Below are positions 38,671 through 47,916 of a stretch of 64,000 bases of DNA, piece by piece. The stretch's first letter is position 1; every line of letters starts with the position of its first letter. The stretch comes from Longimicrobiales bacterium (GTDB taxonomy: Bacteria; Gemmatimonadota; Gemmatimonadetes; Longimicrobiales; Gaopeijiaceae). The notes beneath the pieces were generated by a model. The model was given only the letters and a program-made list of their open reading frames with translations. It ran no database searches and was not told the DNA's origin. The DNA is taken from positions 1,056,001 through 1,120,000 of the forward strand of contig CBDCNQ010000004.1 of the NCBI GenBank assembly GCA_965219445.1, read 5' to 3'. A program made the translations under genes and the position numbers.

Positions 38671-39792
38671 TCATCCGCATGCCTGCTCCAGAAACGGGGG
38701 CAGGACGTGAGACGCGTCGAAACACTCTCGTGCGATCTCAGTGGCACGGCCCGCATGAAGGGAGTAGTCGCTTTCTAGCCGCTCGAGGCCGTCGAGCGCC
38801 TCGTCGAGGGTCGAGAAGCCGATCAGACCGGTGCCCGAAGGGATGTGGGCGCTCCACCCGGTGTCCTGCACAAGAGCCGGTCGCCCGGCCGCCAGGTAGC
38901 ACTCCGTCCGATCGCTGAACCAGCCCGAGCGCCGAGCTACATAGGCGTGCTTGGCGACGCCGAACTCCGCCTTCGAGTCACGGATGAAGTCGCGGTAGTC
39001 CCAGAGCGATCTGGAGACGCCCATCGCGTCGATCGGCGACCAGCCGTGATCCCGGAGCAGCCCCATCGGACCGTTCACCGCGATCTCGATTCGCGACGGG
39101 GTGCGAGACGGTATCTCAATGAACCGAATGAACTCCCGGTCCTTGTCGCCGTCGACATCGGTGAAGCTCTCGGTCTTCCAGGTCATCACAGTGGTGAAGC
39201 GGTCACCGGCCGGCGGCTCGTCGGTGTGCCAGAGCTCGGTCACGACGGGCTGCCGGGTCGGGTGCCAGTCCAAACCGCTCGTCGGCACGTCGCAGGCCGG
39301 CGTGCCGATGTTCGTCCCGAACGTGAACAGACGGTCGAACCGCTGAAAGAACTCGACATACCACTCCTCGCCTTTCGCGATCGCGAGCTGTGTGAACACC
39401 GGGTCCGAGTCGACGAACACCCGGCGCGGGATCGCCGCGTACTCGTCACGCCAGAACCATGAGCCGCCGGAGAGGTTCACGAAGAGGTCGGCCTCGGCGC
39501 AGTAGGCGCGAACGGCATCCTTCGAAAGACCGTGATAAGACCCGTCGTAGTTGACGAAGCTCCAGCGGTCGCCGAGGCCGAACGGCTCGAGCGCTTCATG
39601 GATGTAGCGCGTGCCATAAGCGGGGTCGGTCGCGATCTCGTCGCGCTCCGGGTCGTAGATACACTCGCCAGTGTCCTCGATGTAGAGGACCTCGTGCCCC
39701 AGCGCCCGGAGGCCGAGGAGATACATGAGGGAACACCAGGTGACGCCACCGAACGGATACCGAGCGATGATGCCGGCGAACAGGATCTTCAT
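38671..39792 (-). CDS. Putative GT-B fold glycosyltransferase
   Basis: LGLRALGHEVLYIED, SKAEFGVAKHAYV..SGWFSDRTECYLAAGRPALVQDTG. Confidence 0.75.
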   Translation of the reverse strand: MKILFAGIIARYPFGGVTWCSLMYLLGLRALGHEVLYIEDTGECIYDPERDEIATDPAYGTRYIHEALEPFGLGDRWSFVNYDGSYHGLSKDAVRAYCAEADLFVNLSGGSWFWRDEYAAIPRRVFVDSDPVFTQLAIAKGEEWYVEFFQRFDRLFTFGTNIGTPACDVPTSGLDWHPTRQPVVTELWHTDEPPAGDRFTTVMTWKTESFTDVDGDKDREFIRFIEIPSRTPSRIEIAVNGPMGLLRDHGWSPIDAMGVSRSLWDYRDFIRDSKAEFGVAKHAYVARRSGWFSDRTECYLAAGRPALVQDTGWSAHIPSGTGLIGFSTLDEALDGLERLESDYSLHAGRATEIARECFDASHVLPPFLEQACG

Positions 39793-41612
39793 GTGGTGGC
39801 CCACAGGAGCTCGTCCACCGTACCTATGTCATCGAGCGATTTACCTACCGATAGGCGCGCACACATCCGTCGGTAGAGCTCGCACGTCCTGACCAACTCG
39901 TGATGGCGTCCCTGGGCGACCACCCCCCCCTCGTTCAGCACGACGATGCGCGTGGCGTCGCGGATCGTGGAGAGGCGGTGGGCGATGACGAGCATGGTGT
40001 GGCTAGCGCGGAGCCGCCGCAGGGTGTCGAAAATCGCCCCTTCAGAGATCGCGTCGACTGCCGAGGTCGGCTCGTCGAGAATCAGGATCGGAGCCGCTTT
40101 CAGAAGCGCGCGGGCGATACCGATTCTTTGACGCTCGCCGCCCGAGAGTGTCGCGCCCGCCTCATGGACAGCGGTCTCGTATCCCTGTGGCAGACGAGTC
40201 ACGAAATCGTGAAGGTTCGCGTCTCGTGCCGCGGCCTCGACGTCGGCATCGGAAGCGTCGAGCCGCCCGTACCGGATATTGTCTCCGATCGTGCCGGTGA
40301 ACAGTACCGGCTGCTGCGGGACCAACCCGATCTGCTCACGAAGCGATTTGAGGGAGTACAGGGCAACATCAATGTCGTCGATGAGTACGCGGCCAGTGCC
40401 GGGCTCGAAGAATCTCGGGACGAGGCTGGCGATGGTCGTCTTGCCGGCGCCGGTGAGACCGACCAGGGCCACCAGTTCTCCGGGACGGGCCTCGAAGCTG
40501 ATCGAGTCGAGTACGTTCCGTTGGTCGTCGTAGGCGAAGCTCACTGCATCGAAGCGGACGTGTCCGGCGATGCCGTGGGCGTCGATAGCGTCAGGAGCGT
40601 CGAGAACCTCAGGGGTGAGGGCGAAGATCTCGCGGACGCGGCGAGCGCTCGCGACAGCCTGCTGCAGTGATCCGGCCGAGTGAGCGATCGCCGAGATCGG
40701 GTCGTAGACCGCGGCCAGATACGCGATGACGACGAGCAAGCTCCCGAGCGTCAGCGTGCCATTCAGGACATGGAGTCCGCCCACGATGAGGATCAGAGCA
40801 GTGCCGGCGAGCGTGATCGCGGTCACGGCGACCGAGAAGAGCGATTCCTGCCACGTCAGCCTGAGGCGGGCACGCATGGTGTCATCGCCGGAGCTCGAGA
40901 AGCGCGACAGCTCGTGGCGCTCCCGTGTAAAGCTCTTGACCGCGGCGACCGAGGACAACACCTCGAAGGCGCGCTCGATCAACGTCGCCTCCAGCGCCTT
41001 CACCCGCTCGGCGCGTTCCAGCATGGTACGTGAGTAGAAGCGAAGGCACACATAGAGAAATGGCGCCACCACGAGTGAGAGCAGGGCGAGCGTCAGGTCC
41101 ACGTAGACGAGGACGACGAACATGACCCCCAGATTGAGCATCGCGAGGGCCAACGGAAACACACCACCGATGATCAGGTCGTCCACGCAGTGGGCGTCGG
41201 CATCGAGCCGATAAACCGAATCAGCCGTTGGGGTCAGGACGTGGCGCCGCAACGGGAGCGCCTGGAGGTGTGCCAGCAGCTTGGACCGAAGGGTGTAGAC
41301 GACGCGCTGGGCTACCTGCACCTGCATCTGGGTGTGGATCATGCGGACCACCTCGTTGGCGACCTGGATGAGGAGACCCACCAGGACCACGGCCACGAGG
41401 ATGGCGACAGCGCTGCCAGCGACTGCTAAGGGGACGATGGCCGCCAGCTGTGCCGGGAGGGGGAGACCGCCCAGCACGTAATCCACGATCACCTTGAGCG
41501 GCCAGGGCGCCAGCGCCGCGAGGCCGACCTCCAGGATCGACAGCGCAAGGATCGCTACGGCCTGTCCGCGATACGGTCGAAGGAATCCAAGCGTCCAGGA
41601 AATCACGGTCAC
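39789..41612 (-). CDS. ABC transporter fused permease/ATPase (exporter)
   Basis: TM domain, GLTGAGKT, LSGGERQR, ILDEPTS, IAHRLST. Confidence 0.95.
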   Translation of the reverse strand: MTVISWTLGFLRPYRGQAVAILALSILEVGLAALAPWPLKVIVDYVLGGLPLPAQLAAIVPLAVAGSAVAILVAVVLVGLLIQVANEVVRMIHTQMQVQVAQRVVYTLRSKLLAHLQALPLRRHVLTPTADSVYRLDADAHCVDDLIIGGVFPLALAMLNLGVMFVVLVYVDLTLALLSLVVAPFLYVCLRFYSRTMLERAERVKALEATLIERAFEVLSSVAAVKSFTRERHELSRFSSSGDDTMRARLRLTWQESLFSVAVTAITLAGTALILIVGGLHVLNGTLTLGSLLVVIAYLAAVYDPISAIAHSAGSLQQAVASARRVREIFALTPEVLDAPDAIDAHGIAGHVRFDAVSFAYDDQRNVLDSISFEARPGELVALVGLTGAGKTTIASLVPRFFEPGTGRVLIDDIDVALYSLKSLREQIGLVPQQPVLFTGTIGDNIRYGRLDASDADVEAAARDANLHDFVTRLPQGYETAVHEAGATLSGGERQRIGIARALLKAAPILILDEPTSAVDAISEGAIFDTLRRLRASHTMLVIAHRLSTIRDATRIVVLNEGGVVAQGRHHELVRTCELYRRMCARLSVGKSLDDIGTVDELLWATT

Positions 41613-41622
41613 GGGGGCACCA

Positions 41623-44397
41623 TCAGCCTCTCGAGTCGGACACCACTGTCTCGGTGGAGCGCCACAATGTGGGTTCGACCGCGGGTTCGACCGCGGGTTC
41701 GACCTTGGCTTCGACCGTGGGTTCGACCGTGGGTTCGGCGGTGGCGGCTACCGCGGGCTCGACCCTGGTGGAGATCGGAAGTTTCAGCAGCCCGGCGGAG
41801 ATGCCGACCCGCGTCACCGCCTGGTCGAGTACCGCCGTGGCACGGATCACCTGCCAGGCGGCGCGTGCGCCGACCGCCGCGATGGCAACCGCCGAGACGA
41901 GGAGGGTCACCGACGGGTCGTAGAGAAAAATCGACGCGCTCATGCCGCCCGCCACCAGTACCGCCACCGTCCCACCGCGGAGGGTGCCGGCGAAGCTGGG
42001 ACGCAGCCGCGCTCGGATCCGGAAGAGACAGGCTCCGCGCTCGTGCTCCTCCACCAGCGTCTGCACGTGCAGCCAGCCCCAGCGGCCGATCGCCAGGCTG
42101 AGATCCCGGTCGGGACGCCATCCCTCGTCGACATCGACGATCTGAGCCGGCCGCGAGGCGCGCAGGACCCCGACGAGTTCCGTCAACAGCGTCGTGTGCT
42201 GTGCCCACGCCTCGCTCCAGAACGAGCGCTCCATACCGGCGCGGGTCAAGAGCCGCGCGGACGCGACGACGTCTCGGAACGTCGGCATCGGCGACTTCCA
42301 CGGATGCCTCGTCATGTGCTTCGGTGCGACCGCCTTGGGCCGTGACAAACCGCGCAGCCTGCCCCTGAATCGGGCCAGCGGCTGGAGCAAGTGGAGCCAT
42401 GCGATGAGGCCCCGATACAGCAAGCGACTCTGTCGTATGGACCAGCGTCCGATGGAGGGCAGACCGTCGAGGTTGGAACGCCAACCACACATAGTGCATC
42501 GGGTGATGGTAGTGGCCCCCCCAAGAATACCGGCGATCAGAGGCAGCCATGCGGCGTCCATGCCCGCCAGGGGACCGAAGACGCCGATGAGCAACAAGAC
42601 GAGCGAGGCCGCCATCCACGCGGGCGAGTGGGGCAGGTAGTGCCACCGGTGGGCTTGCGTGCTGTAGACCGACGGAAACGACGCGGTGCCCCAAACGCCC
42701 GTGTTGACGCGCCGCTCTGCCGCAGTGCGCAGGAAGGGGAGCGGGCTGTAGATGCGCCCACGCCAAACCATCTGCCCGCCGAGAAATTTCTCGGGATGAT
42801 GCGCGTCGAGCCACGCCTCTCCCTCACCGTAGCCGACCTGCTGACGCCAGTACGATCGTACGCTCGCCCGGCGATGGTGCCAGACCAGCGCTGACGGCGC
42901 GAAGACGATGTCCAGCTTCTTGGCCTGAAGCCGCCAGCAGATGTCGACATCGTCGCCGGCTCGGACATAGACCGGATTGAAACCGTCGGCCGCCAGGAGC
43001 GCGTCCCTTCTGAACGCCATGTTGCAACCCGGCACGTGCTCGGCGATCCGGTCGTCGAGCATGACGTGGATCGGCCCACCCGGGGCACGTGCGACACACT
43101 GCGCCACCCACGGGTCGTCTATTGGCACGACGTTCGGACCGCCGACGCCGGCCGCGTCGGAGGTGAGTAATGGTTGGACCAGGTAGGTCAGCCAATCGGG
43201 GTCGACCCTGACATCCGCGTCGGTATACGCGATGATCTCACCACTCGCGGCAGCGAGTCCGGCATTCCGGGCCGCGCTCAGGCCGCTGTTCGGCACCTCG
43301 ACGACACGGACACCGGAATACCCTCTCGCGATGTCGCCGGTCGTATCGCGCGACCCGTCGTCGACGACAATGACCTCCGTGTCGGGGTAGGTCAGCGCGT
43401 CGAGCGACGTCAGACACTCGGCAATGGTGTCTGCAGCGTTATACGCGCACACCACCACCGACACCTTCGGCCACGTCGCTCGTTCCCTGGGCGGGAACGG
43501 GGCGCTGGCGAAGACCTCTTGTACGGCGGCGAGCGCCGGCTTGCGCTGTCGCGCCTCATCCACCAGGCCAAAAGCCCAATCGTCGACCGCCCGACCTCCA
43601 CGCCACCATTCGTCAGTCCAGGAGTAGGCCACCGCGCCGCAGGCGCCTTCGGCAAAGGCCGTCCGAAGGTGTGTCGCCGTGATGGACGCCTGGCCATCGA
43701 GCCCCTCACGCAGACTATCCCCGCCGGCTTCCGCGAGGAGCAGGGGTCTGGTACCTGCGAGATGCTGCAAACGCGCGAGGTAGCCACGGAGCTCGGTCTC
43801 TCGATGCAGATAGACGTTGTAGGCGAAGATGTCGAACGCATCGAGCTCGAGGTGCTCGGTGGGTGGGAAGTTTACATACGTCAACAGGCTTTCGGGTGCG
43901 GCCGCCTTCACGTCTTCGTAGAGCTCGCGCAGGAAGCGCTCGATCCTCCGGTGGCCGTGCCAGCGCACGATCCCGGCGGGGATCTCGTTGCCCAGCGCGA
44001 AGAGAAGCGCCGCGGGGTGCGCCGCGATCCGGCGCACTGTGGTGACGGCGTCGCGTTTGATTCGTCGCTTGAGCCTCTTGTCGTCGAGAAACGGGAGGTG
44101 TTGCGGCCACGCCAGTCCGACCATGACCCGGAGCCCGTGCCGATGGGCCGCGTCGAGGAGGGCGGGAGATGGCGGCGTGTAGGTGCGCACCGTGTTGATC
44201 CCGGCGGCAGCCATCAGCCTAAAGTCTTGCGCCATGCGCCCTGCCGACGGGAACTGCGCTCCCTCGCTGTCTGGAGCGAAGGTGCCGTAGGCCACTCCCT
44301 TGATCAGGACGCGACGCCCATCGACCTCCAGGAACTTGCCATCCACGCGGGGGCAGCCGGTGGAGGCGCTCGGGGTGGAGCCGTTCAGGATCGCCAC
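41623..44397 (-). CDS. Glycoside hydrolase TIM barrel / GT2 glycosyltransferase / TM fusion
   Basis: GINTVRTY, ALGNEIP, LLAEAG (GH-A-like acid/base and nucleophile); VSVVVCAYNA, VDDGS, YTDAD, GDDVD, RQQVGYG. Confidence 0.9.
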   Translation of the reverse strand: MAILNGSTPSASTGCPRVDGKFLEVDGRRVLIKGVAYGTFAPDSEGAQFPSAGRMAQDFRLMAAAGINTVRTYTPPSPALLDAAHRHGLRVMVGLAWPQHLPFLDDKRLKRRIKRDAVTTVRRIAAHPAALLFALGNEIPAGIVRWHGHRRIERFLRELYEDVKAAAPESLLTYVNFPPTEHLELDAFDIFAYNVYLHRETELRGYLARLQHLAGTRPLLLAEAGGDSLREGLDGQASITATHLRTAFAEGACGAVAYSWTDEWWRGGRAVDDWAFGLVDEARQRKPALAAVQEVFASAPFPPRERATWPKVSVVVCAYNAADTIAECLTSLDALTYPDTEVIVVDDGSRDTTGDIARGYSGVRVVEVPNSGLSAARNAGLAAASGEIIAYTDADVRVDPDWLTYLVQPLLTSDAAGVGGPNVVPIDDPWVAQCVARAPGGPIHVMLDDRIAEHVPGCNMAFRRDALLAADGFNPVYVRAGDDVDICWRLQAKKLDIVFAPSALVWHHRRASVRSYWRQQVGYGEGEAWLDAHHPEKFLGGQMVWRGRIYSPLPFLRTAAERRVNTGVWGTASFPSVYSTQAHRWHYLPHSPAWMAASLVLLLIGVFGPLAGMDAAWLPLIAGILGGATTITRCTMCGWRSNLDGLPSIGRWSIRQSRLLYRGLIAWLHLLQPLARFRGRLRGLSRPKAVAPKHMTRHPWKSPMPTFRDVVASARLLTRAGMERSFWSEAWAQHTTLLTELVGVLRASRPAQIVDVDEGWRPDRDLSLAIGRWGWLHVQTLVEEHERGACLFRIRARLRPSFAGTLRGGTVAVLVAGGMSASIFLYDPSVTLLVSAVAIAAVGARAAWQVIRATAVLDQAVTRVGISAGLLKLPISTRVEPAVAATAEPTVEPTVEAKVEPAVEPAVEPTLWRSTETVVSDSRG
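41669..41764. repeat. Eight degenerate 12-bp tandem units encoding VEP(A/T)
   Basis: GYGGGTTCGACC units in the tail of the GT2 gene. Confidence 0.85.
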
Positions 44398-44406
44398 GCC
44401 GGCCGC

Positions 44407-45534
44407 CTAATCCCCAGAGGCGCGCTGCGAGATCATGTCCATCAGCCAGTGGCCCGAGCGGTCTACCTTGGCCTGGACGTAGCGCAGGTTGTGGCGGTTG
44501 ATCCCGCCGTAGATGGGGGTGCGCTCCGCGACTTCGATGCCGCCTTCCTCCACGGCCGTCACCTTGTCGGGGTTGTTGGTGAGGAGCTCGACCCGCACGA
44601 TCTCGAGGTGGCGGAGGATCGCCACCGCGGCGTCGTAGCGCCGCTCGTCGGCGCCGAAGCCGAGCACGCCGTCGGCGTCGACGGTATCCAGGCCTTCCTC
44701 CTGGAGGGCGTAGGCGCGGATCTTGTTGCCCAGTCCGATCCCACGTCCCTCCTGGGCCAGGTACACCAGCACGCCTCCGCCCCGATTCTCGAAGTAGCGG
44801 AGACTCCCGCGCAACTGCTCACCGCAGTCACAACGCAGGCTGCCAAAGAGGTCTCCCGTGAGGCAGGCCGAGTGGAGTCGCACGGGCACCGGATCGGGCC
44901 AGCCTTCGCGGGGGCCGATCAGGACCGCCACGTGCTCCAGGAAGCCCCCGCCTTCGCGGAAAAACATGAAGCGGGAGTGCCCGGCATCCGCCAGGGGAAC
45001 CGGGGCCTCGGCCACGCTCGTGACTTCGATCCCGGACCGGGCCACCGCATGCTCGACCTCCTCGCTCGAGACGTCGAGAAGCGTCCCCTCCTCGATCCAC
45101 CGCATGAGCACGGAGGAGCCGGGATCCACCTCGACGCTCACGAGGGCCGGAAGGAGACGCCCGAATCGGGTGAGCGCCAACGCCGCCAATTCTGTGGAGG
45201 TGGCCGGACGCGTGTCGAAGCGGAGCGGAGAGCCCGACGGAGCAACTCTCCTCGCCGTCGCAAATCCCAGGATCGTATCGGGCGTCTCGCCCGCGCCCAG
45301 CCCGAGGCTGAGGTTCGTCTCGCTTTCGTGCGTGGCGATCCCCATCGCTCGACCGCGATGTTGGGTCACGACCAGGCGAAGGGGCGAGCCCAGGGAGCGG
45401 AGCTGCTCCAGTCTGTCCAGGCCGAGACACTCGACTGCGGCGACCAGGGCGCGCACACCCCGGACCGCATCGGTCACGCAGAGAGCTCGCCCCTGTCTGA
45501 GCTCGAAGAGTCCTCGTTCCGCTTTGTGCGCCAT
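44407..45534 (-). CDS. ribA: GTP cyclohydrolase II with degenerate N-terminal domain
   Basis: VRLHSACLTGDLFGSLRCDCG, QEGRGIGL.NKIRAYALQ, DERRY, LLTNNPDK. Confidence 0.92.
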   Translation of the reverse strand: MAHKAERGLFELRQGRALCVTDAVRGVRALVAAVECLGLDRLEQLRSLGSPLRLVVTQHRGRAMGIATHESETNLSLGLGAGETPDTILGFATARRVAPSGSPLRFDTRPATSTELAALALTRFGRLLPALVSVEVDPGSSVLMRWIEEGTLLDVSSEEVEHAVARSGIEVTSVAEAPVPLADAGHSRFMFFREGGGFLEHVAVLIGPREGWPDPVPVRLHSACLTGDLFGSLRCDCGEQLRGSLRYFENRGGGVLVYLAQEGRGIGLGNKIRAYALQEEGLDTVDADGVLGFGADERRYDAAVAILRHLEIVRVELLTNNPDKVTAVEEGGIEVAERTPIYGGINRHNLRYVQAKVDRSGHWLMDMISQRASGD

Positions 45535-45685
45535 TGGGTCAGGTGATATCGTTGGGCCAGCGTGTGCCCCGAACCGGGGGTCGTGGGCTGGCGAGCCGCT
45601 CCGCTGTTCGCCCCCGGACGCCGGTTCCGGGGCCGTCGGGTGAATGATGCACCTGTGGGAGTCCGGCTGATGAGGTACCCTTGAG

Positions 45686-47311
45686 ATGATCAGGCTCGTG
45701 TCCGCGTGGGTGCTTGTCAATGGGCTGCTCATGACGCCGTTCTGGCTCTCGGGCGCCGTGACGGACGCGCCGGCGCCCGCTTGGCTTTCACTGGAAGCGG
45801 CCCTGATCGTCGGTGCAATGGCTCTCCTGCCGCGACGGCCATGGAGCCGCGGGTTAGCCTGGATCTTGGCCGTGGGACTCGTCGTGTTCGCCGTCGCCGC
45901 GCTCGTGGATCTCCTCTTCCGGGTGAGCCTGGGCCGCCCGCTCAACCTCTCTCTGGACCTCTACCTGATCAGTGCCGTCTACCGCCTCGCGGTGGGGAAT
46001 TCGGGCTTCCTCCGGACCCTCTTCGGGTTCGGGACGATCACCGTCTTGCTCGCCCTGTCGGCGGTCGCGGCGGCCTGGCTCCTGACGCCAGCCCCTTCGG
46101 AAGGCGACAGAACTCTGCCCCGCCTCGTACCGCGGCTCGGCGTGGCGGTCCTCGTGGCCGCGATCACGCTCGGCCTGATCGGTCACAGCGCGCCCGTCGT
46201 CGGACACCGGCTGGCCACACCCGCCGTACGGCTCGTCCTCGAGCAGGCGGAGCAGTTTCGGGCGACTCACAGGGAGCGGGAAGCGTTCGCCGCCGAGCTG
46301 GAGAAGCAGCCCGACGGATTCGCGGACCTGCCCGGGCTACTCTCGAGGCTGGAGGGGGGTAACGTCGTCGTGACGTTCATCGAGTCCTATGGGATGGCCG
46401 CGCTCGAGGACCCTGAGTTGGCGGCGACCATCCGGCCGAGCCTGGACATGGCCGCGGCTCGAATCGAGAGCGCGGGGCTCCACTTCGCGACCGGCGAGCT
46501 CGCCTCCCCCACCCTGGGTGGGCAGTCGTGGTACGCGCATGGGACCATGCTCAGCGGGCTCTGGCTCGAGAATCAGCTCCGCTACGACCTCTTGCTCGCG
46601 AGTAAACGAGAGACGCTGGTCGACGACTTCCGTCGGGCCGGCTACCGCACCGTGGTCGTGATGCCCGCCATCACCACGAACTGGCCCGAGGGGCTCCGAC
46701 TCGGCTACGACGAGGTGTACACGAGGCCTTCCATTCCCTATGCCGGCCCACCCCTCTACTGGGTCACCATGCCGGACCAGTACACATGGTCGTTCCTCGG
46801 GGAGATGGTCCGGGACGCAGTGACCCCGCTCTACGTCGAGGCGGCGATGGTGAGCAGCCACGCGCCCTGGACCCCCGTCCTGCCCCTCCTCGACTGGGAC
46901 TCTGTGGGGGACGGAGCGATCTTCGAACCCTACCGAGAGGATGGGTATCCGCCCGAGGAGCTGTGGATGGACACCCAGGTTCTGCGCGAGAGCTACGCCC
47001 GTTCGCTCGACTACTCGCTTCAAGCGATGGCCGAGTTCGCCGAGCGGTTCCTGGACGAACGGACCCTGCTTGTCGTGCTCGGGGACCACCAGGCGGCTCC
47101 GTGGGTGACGGGGACGAGCGACCCCAACGTTCCGGTGCACGTGTTCACGCGTGACCCCGCCCTGCTCGAGCCCTTTTTCGAGTGGGGGTTCCTCCCCGGC
47201 CCTTTCCCAGACTCAGACGGCTCGCCTCCCGGCATGGACGAGTTCCGCGAATGGTTCGTGCGGGGATTCAGCGGCACTTCCGCCTCCGCCGCTCTTTCGA
47301 TGAAGGAGTGA
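45686..47311 (+). CDS. Membrane-anchored sulfatase/alkaline-phosphatase-superfamily (LTA synthase-like) protein
   Basis: About 5 N-terminal TMs; FIESYG, SPTLGGQSW, SSHAPW, LGDHQ metal-site motifs. Confidence 0.8.
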   Translation: MIRLVSAWVLVNGLLMTPFWLSGAVTDAPAPAWLSLEAALIVGAMALLPRRPWSRGLAWILAVGLVVFAVAALVDLLFRVSLGRPLNLSLDLYLISAVYRLAVGNSGFLRTLFGFGTITVLLALSAVAAAWLLTPAPSEGDRTLPRLVPRLGVAVLVAAITLGLIGHSAPVVGHRLATPAVRLVLEQAEQFRATHREREAFAAELEKQPDGFADLPGLLSRLEGGNVVVTFIESYGMAALEDPELAATIRPSLDMAAARIESAGLHFATGELASPTLGGQSWYAHGTMLSGLWLENQLRYDLLLASKRETLVDDFRRAGYRTVVVMPAITTNWPEGLRLGYDEVYTRPSIPYAGPPLYWVTMPDQYTWSFLGEMVRDAVTPLYVEAAMVSSHAPWTPVLPLLDWDSVGDGAIFEPYREDGYPPEELWMDTQVLRESYARSLDYSLQAMAEFAERFLDERTLLVVLGDHQAAPWVTGTSDPNVPVHVFTRDPALLEPFFEWGFLPGPFPDSDGSPPGMDEFREWFVRGFSGTSASAALSMKE

Positions 47312-47313
47312 GT

Positions 47314-47916
47314 GTGACGAAAGGCTTTGGCGCCGGCGCCCGGCTCTTCCACTGGCTCGTCGTGCTCCTCCTGTTGGTGCAGATCCCGGCGGGGATCGCG
47401 ATGATCGCGCCCGCCCTCGAGCAGGGATCGATCGACCGGCTCTTCATCCTGCACAAGGGACTCGGCGTCGTGCTGCTCGTGGTGGTGGTGGCCCGAGTGC
47501 TGTGGCGGCTGACCCACCCGGCGCCGCCGATGTCGGAGACCATCCCGGAGCTGGAACGACGCATCGCGACCATGGCGCATGGGGTCATCTACGGAGTCCT
47601 GGTCCTGGTTGCGGGGAGCGGATACGTGCACGTCGTCGGGGATGGCTTCCCCATCGAGATGATGGACGCGCTCGGGCTGCCGACGCTGCTGCCTCTGATG
47701 CCCGAGGTCGCGTCGTGGGCATCCCTAGTGCACCGGTTCTCGACCTTCCTGCTGGTGGCCCTGGTGTCGGTTCACGTGGGAGAGGTGATGCGGCACCATC
47801 TGGTGGTGCGGGACGGGACGCTGGAGCGGATGTGGCCCCCACTAGGGAGCGGGAGCGCCGCCGCTCCCCCCGAACCGACGCCGGGGGGAGGGACCGGTGG
47901 GGTGGACCCGAGCTGA
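47314..47916 (+). CDS. Cytochrome b561 family protein
   Basis: RLFHW, LHKGLG, RVLWRLTHPAP, H..IY, VH...H..H, TLERM. Confidence 0.88.
   Translation: MTKGFGAGARLFHWLVVLLLLVQIPAGIAMIAPALEQGSIDRLFILHKGLGVVLLVVVVARVLWRLTHPAPPMSETIPELERRIATMAHGVIYGVLVLVAGSGYVHVVGDGFPIEMMDALGLPTLLPLMPEVASWASLVHRFSTFLLVALVSVHVGEVMRHHLVVRDGTLERMWPPLGSGSAAAPPEPTPGGGTGGVDPS

Noticed and set aside
41669..41764. Possible CRISPR array
   Set aside because: Contiguous 12-bp coding units with no spacers and no cas genes
43174..45546. 790-aa plus-strand ORF and similar long shadow ORFs (e.g. 9004-10113, 16931-17938, 41609-42814)
   Set aside because: Antisense or alternate-frame shadows of well-supported genes in high-GC DNA, with no recognisable motifs
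45535..45685. FMN riboswitch upstream of ribA
   Set aside because: No AGGGCGGGGTGAAATTCCC-like core on either strand
45535..45945. N-terminal extension of the 512-aa ribA ORF
   Set aside because: Overlaps the divergent membrane sulfatase-like gene in antisense
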